Shown: positions 1-7,445 of the stretch, in pieces
Layout of the letters: each line of letters starts with the position of its first letter
Numbering within the stretch: the first letter of the stretch is position 1
Assembly (NCBI GenBank): GCA_043820695.1
Contig: JBDRDQ010000098.1
Coordinates: 1-52,575, forward strand
Source: Gemmatimonadota bacterium
GTDB lineage: Bacteria > Gemmatimonadota > Gemmatimonadetes > Longimicrobiales > Gaopeijiaceae
Direction of reading: 5' to 3'
DNA length: 52,575 nt
Translations under genes and position numbers: made by a program
The notes under the pieces: model-generated
What the model was told of the DNA's origin: nothing
Databases searched by the model: none
Seen by the model: only the letters and a program-made list of their open reading frames with translations

Positions 1-1017
1 TCCGCAGCGGCGTCTCGCATCGAATCGTCCAAGGCCTATTCCAAGGAGCTCATGCGGAATGCGGGGGTCCCCACGGCTAAGTTCCGGGTCTTTCGGAATC
101 TCGCTGCTGCCGAGGACTACGTCCGGGAGCAGGGGGCCCCCATCGTGGTGAAAGCCTCGGGCCTGGCGGCAGGGAAAGGCGCCATCGTTTGCGAAACCGA
201 GGATCAGGCCCTGCATGCGATCAGAGGGATGATGGAGGACCTTCGTTTCGGGGAAGCCGGCAGGGAGGTGGTGATCGAGGAGTGCATGCGGGGGGAAGAG
301 CTCTCAGTCTTCGCCCTGACCGATGGCAGAGGTGTTCTCACTCTCCTGCCCTCCCAGGACCATAAGCGGGTGGGCGAGGGGGACACCGGCCCGAACACGG
401 GAGGGATGGGAGCGTACGCTCCGGTCTCCCTGGTGAACCCGGAGCTCATCGGGAAGGTGGAAGAGGAGGTCTTTCTTCCGACGCTGCGAGCCATGGAGGC
501 CGACGGCTCCCTCTTCCAAGGGCTCCTTTATGCCGGCCTCATGCTCACCTCCGAGGGCCCAAAGGTGGTGGAGTTCAACTGCCGTTTCGGGGATCCCGAG
601 ACCCAGGCTATCCTCCCCCTCCTCGCCAGCCCCCTCCTGGAGCCCATCGCGACAATCGCCGAGGGCGGATCTGTGGCCGACATGAAGCTCCATTGGCGCT
701 CCGGAGGCGCCGTCACCACCGTCCTGGCATCGGAGGGATATCCGGGAAGCTACGAGAAAGGAAAAATCATAGAGCTCCCAGCTACCCTTTCCGAGGATCC
801 GGAGCTTTTCGTTTTCCACGCTGGGACACAACGGTCGGTTGAAGGCCTCAGAACTTCCGGTGGCAGGGTCTTGGCCGTGACGGGGTTGGGAGATTCCCTT
901 GGGGACGCTTCCCGAAAGAGCCTGGTCGGAGCGGATGCTGTGGAGTTCGAAGGGAAGTATTTCCGAACGGATATCGGATGGCGGGAATTCGCCAGGGACG
1001 AAGGAATGCGCCCATGA
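1..1017 (+). CDS. purD: Phosphoribosylamine--glycine ligase (GAR synthetase), 5-prime truncated by the window edge
   Basis: Frame 1 is open from base 1 (SAAASRIESSKAYSKELM...) and stops at 1015-1017. ATP-grasp/GARS motifs are present: VVKASGLAAGKG, GPNTGGMGAY, VVEFNCRFGDPE. Only the C-terminal ~338 aa lie in the window. Confidence 0.93.
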   Translation, partial: SAAASRIESSKAYSKELMRNAGVPTAKFRVFRNLAAAEDYVREQGAPIVVKASGLAAGKGAIVCETEDQALHAIRGMMEDLRFGEAGREVVIEECMRGEELSVFALTDGRGVLTLLPSQDHKRVGEGDTGPNTGGMGAYAPVSLVNPELIGKVEEEVFLPTLRAMEADGSLFQGLLYAGLMLTSEGPKVVEFNCRFGDPETQAILPLLASPLLEPIATIAEGGSVADMKLHWRSGGAVTTVLASEGYPGSYEKGKIIELPATLSEDPELFVFHAGTQRSVEGLRTSGGRVLAVTGLGDSLGDASRKSLVGADAVEFEGKYFRTDIGWREFARDEGMRP

Positions 1018-1041
1018 TCATCACCGCTTCCCGAACCGCTG

Positions 1042-1899
1042 ATGCCCGAACTACCTGAGGTCGAGACCGTTGTCCGGCAACTGGCCGAAGCTCTGCCCGG
1101 AAACCGGATCCGGAACGTTGAGATCATCCACCCTGATCTCATCCATGAGCCTTCCGATTCCTTCCGGAGGGCCCTCCTCGGATCCACGATCGGATCGGTT
1201 GCACGGCGGGGGAAGAACATCCTTCTGACCCTCTCAGGCCCGAGCCTTCTCGTGGTGAACCTTGGAATGACGGGGCGACTCCTCTTCGCGCCTCTCCGAG
1301 CCGGATCGAGGTTCGGATCGAGAGGTACATCCCATGAAGATCGACCACCCCATTTGGCCATCATCCTCACCCTGGACCCCCAAGGCCTCCTCCTCTACGC
1401 TGACCCCCGCCGGTTCGGTTCCCTCCGTCGTTATTCATTGCCTGAGTGGAAGAACGAATCGGCCCGCTTGGGGCCCGAACCGTTTGACCCGGAGTTGACC
1501 CCTGAGGATTTCCACCAGCGACTGGCCAGGTCTCGCTCCCCTATCCGGTCGTGGTTGTTGGATCAGACCAAGATAGCCGGCGTTGGGAACATCTATGCCT
1601 CCGAAGCCCTATTCAGGGCAAGAATCCACCCGAAGAGACCGGCACAATCCATCGACGAAAGGGGATCGGCCTATCTCCTGGAGGCCATTCGGAATGTCCT
1701 TTCCGAAGCCATCCAGGCCCGGGGAACGACGCTGAGAGACTACCGGACGGCCTCAGGGGACAGGGGCGACTTCGAGCCGCACCTCCAAGCCTATGGCAGG
1801 GAAAGTGTCCCCTGCCCTGGATGTAACACGCCCATCGTCCGCGTCGTATTCGGCAACAGATCAGCCTTCTTCTGCCCGAGATGCCAACCAACCAAATGA
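1042..1899 (+). CDS. mutM: Formamidopyrimidine-DNA glycosylase (Fpg/MutM)
   Basis: Canonical N-terminus MPELPEVETV, H2TH region, and C-terminal zinc finger CPGC...CPRC. Confidence 0.93.
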   Translation: MPELPEVETVVRQLAEALPGNRIRNVEIIHPDLIHEPSDSFRRALLGSTIGSVARRGKNILLTLSGPSLLVVNLGMTGRLLFAPLRAGSRFGSRGTSHEDRPPHLAIILTLDPQGLLLYADPRRFGSLRRYSLPEWKNESARLGPEPFDPELTPEDFHQRLARSRSPIRSWLLDQTKIAGVGNIYASEALFRARIHPKRPAQSIDERGSAYLLEAIRNVLSEAIQARGTTLRDYRTASGDRGDFEPHLQAYGRESVPCPGCNTPIVRVVFGNRSAFFCPRCQPTK

Positions 1900-3422
1900 A
1901 AGTCCGTCTCCTACTCCTTTGCTTCCTGGTTTGCCTCAATGGGTGCGCCTCATCGGGGCGACCCACCGTTGCCAAGTCCGAAACCGGATCGGTGGCAAGC
2001 CCCGAAGTTCTGGAGCACACGTTGGAGAACGGGTTGCGACTATTTATCCTCCCCCGGCCCGGAGTGCCGATTGCCTCTCTCGTGTTGCAGTACGCGATCG
2101 GCGGCGTAAACGAAGAGCCGGGGAATACGGGGGTAGCTCACCTCCTGGAGCATCTTCTATTCAAGGGGACCACCTCGGTGGGAACGCTGGACTACACCCG
2201 TGAGGCCCCCCTACTCGAGGAGATGGACCGCCTTCATGATTCGATCCTCCTGGCGGAGGACGCTTCACCGCCGGATTCCGCCGCCATCATCTCCCTGAGG
2301 GGGCGGATGAAGATCATTCAAGAACAGGCTTCCGAATTCGTCACCAGCAACGAATTCGATGCGATCCTCTCGGAGAATGGAGCCCGAGGCCTGAACGCCA
2401 CCACCACATCGGAGTCCACGACCTACTTCGTGGAAATCCCTTCGCACCGGGCCGAACTCTGGTTCGTCCTGGAGGCGGACCGAATGCAGAATCCCGTCTT
2501 CAGGGAGTTTTACACCGAACGGGACGTGGTGGCGGAGGAACGGCGGCTCCGCCTGGAGAACAACCCCGGCGGCCTTCTCTACCAAGCACATCTGGCGGCC
2601 GCGTTCGAGGAACACCCCTATGGTGCCCCCGTTGTGGGTCACATGGAGGATGTCCAACGACTTTCCCGCCCTGATGTCACTTTGTATTTCCGGAGGTTCT
2701 ACGGACCGAACAACGCGGTCGTGGCTATCGCCGGGGATGTCGATCCGGACCAGATCCTGGCATGGGCACGGGAATACCTGGGCCCGATCCCCCGGGGCGA
2801 AGACCCCCCACCCGTCCGGATCGAGGAACCGCGGCAAAGGGGTGAGCGTCGGGTCGAGGTCGTTTACGATGCGGAGCCGGCCATCCGGATCGGGTGGAAG
2901 GTCCCTCCCTCCCAGGCGGAGGATGCCACGGCCCTCCATATGCTGACGTCTCTACTCACGGGGGGAAGAAGCTCCCGGATATACAGTCGCTTGGTCCTGG
3001 AGGACCGGATCGCCTCAGGAGTCAGCTCAAGCATCGAGCCCGGGCAGCTATACCCGGGGTTGTTCTCGATCCAAGCCAGCCCCCTTCACCCTCATACGGT
3101 TCAGGAGTTGGAGGAGGCCATCTATGAGGAACTCGAGATTCTGAAAGAAACCCCACCCGAGGAGAGAGAACTCCAGAGGGTTCGGAACCAACTCGAGGCA
3201 GCGGAGGTGAGGCGCCTCCGATCGAACCTCGGCTTGGCGTTACAGGTCGCCGGCTCCGCCTCTCAGTTCGGGGATTGGCGAAACACCTTCGATTTCTTCG
3301 CGAGGCTTCAGGAGGTCTCTCCTCAAGACATTCAACGGGTCGTCACCACCTACTTCCGGAAGGAATCCCGGACCGTGGCGATCCTGGTGAAACCGTCCGA
3401 AGATCTGGGAAAAACCCAGTGA
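1896..3422 (+). CDS. M16 (pitrilysin/insulinase) family zinc peptidase, probable lipoprotein, catalytic subunit
   Basis: Inverted zinc motif HLLEH (HxxEH) in GVAHLLEHLLFKGT. The ATG at 1896 overlaps the mutM stop (ATGA) and gives MKVRLLLLCFLVCLNGC with a lipobox. An alternative ATG lies at 1881. Confidence 0.85.
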   Translation: MKVRLLLLCFLVCLNGCASSGRPTVAKSETGSVASPEVLEHTLENGLRLFILPRPGVPIASLVLQYAIGGVNEEPGNTGVAHLLEHLLFKGTTSVGTLDYTREAPLLEEMDRLHDSILLAEDASPPDSAAIISLRGRMKIIQEQASEFVTSNEFDAILSENGARGLNATTTSESTTYFVEIPSHRAELWFVLEADRMQNPVFREFYTERDVVAEERRLRLENNPGGLLYQAHLAAAFEEHPYGAPVVGHMEDVQRLSRPDVTLYFRRFYGPNNAVVAIAGDVDPDQILAWAREYLGPIPRGEDPPPVRIEEPRQRGERRVEVVYDAEPAIRIGWKVPPSQAEDATALHMLTSLLTGGRSSRIYSRLVLEDRIASGVSSSIEPGQLYPGLFSIQASPLHPHTVQELEEAIYEELEILKETPPEERELQRVRNQLEAAEVRRLRSNLGLALQVAGSASQFGDWRNTFDFFARLQEVSPQDIQRVVTTYFRKESRTVAILVKPSEDLGKTQ

Positions 3423-4882
3423 GCTTCGCGTCACGATTTCGGCACGCCCGGGCAGCCCTCCTCTTCGGGTCCCTTTTCTGGTGCCTGGCAGCCGCCGCCG
3501 AAGCCCAGAGTACCCGGCCCGTAGGGCGGGAGGCCGCCATCGGCCTCCGCTTTGGAGAGCTGAGATTCGAACCGCCCCAGGTCCAGAAGCGGACCCTGGA
3601 GTCGGGGGTAACCCTTTTCCTCACGGAAGATCACTCCCTCCCGCTGGTGACTCTTTATGCCCGGTTTCAAGGGGGGTATGCCGTCCTCCCCAGGAGTTCC
3701 TATGCGGCGGCCACCGCCCTTCCCGGCCTTCTCCGGAACGGTGGAACCACGGTCCTCCCCCCGGACTCGGTGGACTACCTGCTGGACTTCTACGCCCTCC
3801 AGATGACCTTCGGCGGGGGTGGGCAGAGCACCTCCAGCAGCGTGAACACGCTGACCAAACATCTGCGTCCCGCCGTTGAACTCTGGACCGACATCCTGAG
3901 GAATCCGCGTTTCGACTCCCGGGAAGTCGAGATCTGGCGTGACCGCCAAAGGGAGGGCATCAGGCGAAGAGGGGATGATCCGGGACTGCTTGCTGTATCC
4001 GAGTTCAACCGGATCATGTTTGGAGACCACCCGGTCGGATGGGAAATGGATGAGGAGGACTTGGGCCCCGAAAGGATGAATCCTGAAGCCGTCTTCCAGG
4101 TTTACTCCCGGATTTTTTGCCGTGAAAACATGATCTTGGGTGTCGTCGGGGATGTCCGGATGGCCGACATTGCCCCCGTCCTGGAGGAGATGGTCTCCAG
4201 CTGGCCCTCCTGCACCGAGCCCCTCCTGGATCCCACCCCGCCCCAGTTGAGAAAAGGCCGAAGGGTCTTCCTCATCCCCAAGGATCTCACCCAAAGCACC
4301 GTCGTCATGGCTGCCCCTGGAGGGATTTCCCAGAGTACGGACCCCGACTACTTCGCCTCCAGGATCGGGAATTCCATCCTTGGCGCCAACGGATTCAGCA
4401 GCCGGCTCCTTTCCCGGGTCCGAACCGAGATGGGATACGCCTATTCCGCTTCGTCCCTCTGGACCACTCCGTCCCGGTATGAGGGGATCGTAGGAGCCAT
4501 GACCCAGACCAAGAGTGGGTCGACGGTGGCGGCCACCCAACTGATTCTGGATATCTTTGCGGAGATGCGAAACACCCCGCCGGCACAGGAGGAGGTCGAC
4601 CAGGTCATCGCACAGATCGTGAACGGTTTCGTGTTCAATTTCCAGGACCCGTCCCAGATCGTATCCAGACAGATGTTCTACCTGTCCGAGGGGCTCCCCG
4701 AGGACTATCTGGAACGGTTCATACGCGGGATACAGAGGGTGGACCCCGAGGCGGTCCGAAGCGTCTTCAACCGGTACGTGCACCCGGAGGAGATGATCAT
4801 CCTGATCGTGGGAAATCCCGACGACTTCGACCTGCCCCCGGACGTCCTGGGGGAGGTTCAGATCTGGGAGATAGGGGGGTAG
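3419..4882 (+). CDS. M16 family peptidase-like protein, non-catalytic partner (no HxxEH)
   Basis: The fold-level pattern resembles the upstream gene, but the HxxEH position reads ALPGLLRNGGT. The GTG at 3419 overlaps the upstream stop (GTGA) and is followed by a signal-like ALLFGSLFWCLAAAAEAQ. The track ORF start at 3275 lies inside the upstream gene. Confidence 0.8.
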   Translation: MSFASRFRHARAALLFGSLFWCLAAAAEAQSTRPVGREAAIGLRFGELRFEPPQVQKRTLESGVTLFLTEDHSLPLVTLYARFQGGYAVLPRSSYAAATALPGLLRNGGTTVLPPDSVDYLLDFYALQMTFGGGGQSTSSSVNTLTKHLRPAVELWTDILRNPRFDSREVEIWRDRQREGIRRRGDDPGLLAVSEFNRIMFGDHPVGWEMDEEDLGPERMNPEAVFQVYSRIFCRENMILGVVGDVRMADIAPVLEEMVSSWPSCTEPLLDPTPPQLRKGRRVFLIPKDLTQSTVVMAAPGGISQSTDPDYFASRIGNSILGANGFSSRLLSRVRTEMGYAYSASSLWTTPSRYEGIVGAMTQTKSGSTVAATQLILDIFAEMRNTPPAQEEVDQVIAQIVNGFVFNFQDPSQIVSRQMFYLSEGLPEDYLERFIRGIQRVDPEAVRSVFNRYVHPEEMIILIVGNPDDFDLPPDVLGEVQIWEIGG

Positions 4883-4889
4883 GGAGGGA

Positions 4890-5621
4890 TCACCGAACCC
4901 CCATGTGAAGAGCCGCGATCCCGCCGCTGAGAAGCTCCCAGCTCGTTTCCCTGAAGCCGGCGACCTTCATCAGACTCGCCAACTCCCCGGGGTCCGGAAA
5001 CTCCTTCACGGATTCGGGAAGATACGTGTAGGCCCAGGGGTGGCCGGACACGATTCTGCCGACCAGGGGCAGGATCCGCCGGAAGTAGAGTAGATATAGG
5101 CCCCGAAGGATCGGGTTGGGAGGTTCACTGAACTCGAGGACGACCAGGCGCCGGCCAGGTTTCAGAACCCTGGCGAACTCCCGGAACCCTTTTGACAGGT
5201 CCGCGAGATTCCGGACCCCGAAGGCCACCATGGCCCCCTGAAAAGCGGCATCCGGGAAGGGCAGTCGAAGTGAATCCCCACACACCGGAATCACCGCGGA
5301 TCCCGAGAGCTTGGGAATCCCCTCCAGAAGCATGGAACGGGCGAAGTCGGAAGCCACGACCCTGCCCTGAAAGGATTCCCGACCGGCGAGCTCCAGGCTC
5401 AGGTCGAAGGTCCCGGCACAGGCATCGAGGTAGGTTCCTTCCGGCTCCCCCTCCCAATCCAGCCGGTCCACAGCCCTTCTGCGCCATCCCTTGTCGACAT
5501 TCAGGCTCAGGAGATGGTTCAGGAGGTCGTAGCGGGGGGCGATCTCGGAGAAGATCCTTTGGACCTGCCGCTCCCGCTCTGGGCCCTCGGAGGGCCGGGC
5601 TTGATCTTCCGTTGTCCTCAA
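4890..5621 (-). CDS. ubiE: Demethylmenaquinone/ubiquinone C-methyltransferase (UbiE/MenG family)
   Basis: Signature IFSEIAPRYDLLNHLLSL, SAM-binding segment YLDACAGTFDL, LKPGRRLVVLEFS. The start is uncertain. TTG at 5621 gives the family-typical ~243 aa. The ATG at 5738 and the track start at 5912 would add an atypical extension through an A/T-rich tract. Confidence 0.82.
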   Translation of the reverse strand: MRTTEDQARPSEGPERERQVQRIFSEIAPRYDLLNHLLSLNVDKGWRRRAVDRLDWEGEPEGTYLDACAGTFDLSLELAGRESFQGRVVASDFARSMLLEGIPKLSGSAVIPVCGDSLRLPFPDAAFQGAMVAFGVRNLADLSKGFREFARVLKPGRRLVVLEFSEPPNPILRGLYLLYFRRILPLVGRIVSGHPWAYTYLPESVKEFPDPGELASLMKVAGFRETSWELLSGGIAALHMGVR

Positions 5622-5803
5622 TCCGGTTTTCTCACGCGTCCTGGGGGGCCGGGAAGACCGACCATCATCGGCCCGGGGGTGGAAGAAAAGAAAAAAAACG
5701 GTACCCGCGAAACCCTTTCCGTTCCATTCTTGTACCATTAGATCGCTGGGCTGTAACCTACCCAGGGGTTTTTCAGCACGGATCACCGGAGATTCGGGTC
5801 CTC

Positions 5804-6394
5804 GTGGACTACACCCAACTGGAGGACAGAGACCTTGCAGTCCAGGCGGCCAAGGGCCGGGAGATGGCTTTCCGAGAACTCTTGACCCGATACGAGCGGC
5901 CCCTCTTCTCATTGGTCTACAGAATGGTGCGGGACCGGACCCTCGCGGAAGACCTTGCCCAAGAGGCCTTCATCCGTGCATTCAACGCAATCAGCACCTA
6001 TAAGCCCCGGTACAAGTTCAGCAGTTGGATCTTCAAGATCGCCAACAATCACACCATCGACTATCTCCGGAAGAGAAAGCTGGACACGGTGTCCATCGAC
6101 GGGTCACCCCACGCCCGCAACGCGGAGGAAGAGGCCCAGACCCGACTGGTGGTTGAATCCCGTGAAGAAGCCCCGGACCGATACGTGGAGTCCAGGGAGT
6201 TGGGGGGACAGATCGAGGAGGCCATCGGTCAGCTCCGACCCGAATACCGCTCGGCTGTACTCCTCCGCCATGTGGAGGGCTACACCTACGAGGAAATCGC
6301 CGATATCATGGACCTTCCTCTGGGAACCGTGAAGACCTATCTGCACCGGGCACGGGGAGAGTTGAAAGGCCTTCTGGCCCACGTGGATTCCTGA
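5804..6394 (+). CDS. ECF-type (group 4) sigma-70 family RNA polymerase sigma factor
   Basis: Region 2 (ELLTRYERPLFSLVYRMV, DLAQEAFIRAF, FSSWIFKIANNHTIDYLRKRK) and region 4 HTH (YEEIADIMDLPLGTVKTYLHRAR). The start is placed at in-frame GTG 5804. The upstream part of track ORF 5192..6394 is antisense to ubiE. Confidence 0.85.
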   Translation: MDYTQLEDRDLAVQAAKGREMAFRELLTRYERPLFSLVYRMVRDRTLAEDLAQEAFIRAFNAISTYKPRYKFSSWIFKIANNHTIDYLRKRKLDTVSIDGSPHARNAEEEAQTRLVVESREEAPDRYVESRELGGQIEEAIGQLRPEYRSAVLLRHVEGYTYEEIADIMDLPLGTVKTYLHRARGELKGLLAHVDS

Positions 6395-6479
6395 TTGCGA
6401 GAGAACAAGGAGCGGCCCGGGAAATATTGAAACTTCAGAAGGTGGCCGAACGTAGTGGAAATCGACAAAACGATAGGAG

Positions 6480-7445
6480 TTGAACGAAGTGGCATTCGAC
6501 GGTGACCTGAGGCATCTGACCTCCGAGCAAATCCAGGAGTTCCTGGACCAAGAGCTGACTCCCAAGGAGGAGGCTTTGGTGCGGGAGCATCTTGGCGCTT
6601 GCACCCGGTGCCAGAGTGAGACGGAAGCCTGGGGCGTCCTCTTCTCCGATCTCGGCAGCCTCCCGGAATTGGAACCGGGGCCTGCCTTCCAGGGGCAGGT
6701 GCTCCAGAAGGCTCCGGTTGGAGAACCCGTCGGTAAGCAGGCTCACGAATGGCTGGAGGCGAGAAAGGCGAGACGGCGGGGAGAGGCCCACATTCCCGCC
6801 GGAAGCATACAGGATTACCTGGAAAACCTCCTTCCGGTCCAACCTGCGACCCGGCTGGAGGATCATCTCACCTCCTGTGCGTCCTGCCAGGAAGAGGTCC
6901 AAGAGTGGAAAACCCTATTCGGGTCCTTCCAGCCCCTGGGTCACTTCGCTCCCGGACCGGGGTTCTCGGAACGAGTCATGGCCCGGGTCCTGGTCCTCTC
7001 CCCGGTACCGGTGCCGGTGCCGGCTGGCCGGCGGTCATCCCTACCGGGTCGTGCCCTGGCCTGGGCTCGGTGTCTTCTTCCCAAAACCCGCCACGGGTGG
7101 GCGGTGGCCGGAGGAGTGGCCTCGGCTCCCACCGTCACCATGGCTGCTCTGATCTATCTCGTTTTCTCGCGGCCACTCCTGACGCCGGGAGCCTTCGGTT
7201 CTTACATGCTCTGGAAGGCTTCGGCCCTTGCCGATACGCTCGTGTCCGCCGTATCCACAGGAGTTCTGGAGAGCGCGGCACTTTTCAGGGCTTACTCTTT
7301 TTTGGAGCCATTTACCCAGTCTCCATTCCTCCTGGGCTTGGGAGGCCTGGCATTCTCCCTCCTCAGCGCGGGTGCTCTCTGGGTCTTATACCGAAACCTC
7401 ATCATCACTCCACCGGATGATCGCTATGCGCGTGCTCGGGTTTAA
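6480..7445 (+). CDS. Membrane anti-sigma factor with two tandem zf-HC2 (ZAS-like) motifs
   Basis: It lies immediately downstream of the ECF sigma gene. HLGACTRC (from nt 6588) and HLTSCASC (from nt 6864) each sit in similar ~60-aa contexts. The C-terminal half has about 3 hydrophobic TM segments. Start codon is TTG. Confidence 0.75.
   Translation: MNEVAFDGDLRHLTSEQIQEFLDQELTPKEEALVREHLGACTRCQSETEAWGVLFSDLGSLPELEPGPAFQGQVLQKAPVGEPVGKQAHEWLEARKARRRGEAHIPAGSIQDYLENLLPVQPATRLEDHLTSCASCQEEVQEWKTLFGSFQPLGHFAPGPGFSERVMARVLVLSPVPVPVPAGRRSSLPGRALAWARCLLPKTRHGWAVAGGVASAPTVTMAALIYLVFSRPLLTPGAFGSYMLWKASALADTLVSAVSTGVLESAALFRAYSFLEPFTQSPFLLGLGGLAFSLLSAGALWVLYRNLIITPPDDRYARARV

Noticed and set aside
3431-4783. 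450-aa ORF on the minus strand
   Set aside because: It is entirely antisense to the M16 peptidase-like gene. The composition is Gly/Pro/Arg-rich with no motifs, typical of a high-GC shadow ORF.
5192-5803. N-terminal 204 codons of track ORF 5192..6394
   Set aside because: This part is antisense to ubiE and Arg/Pro-rich. The sigma-70 homology begins only near GTG 5804.
7001-7022. CCGGTR hexanucleotide repeat (3.5 copies)
   Set aside because: It lies in-frame inside the anti-sigma gene, encoding PVPVPVP. It is a short linker repeat, not an independent element.
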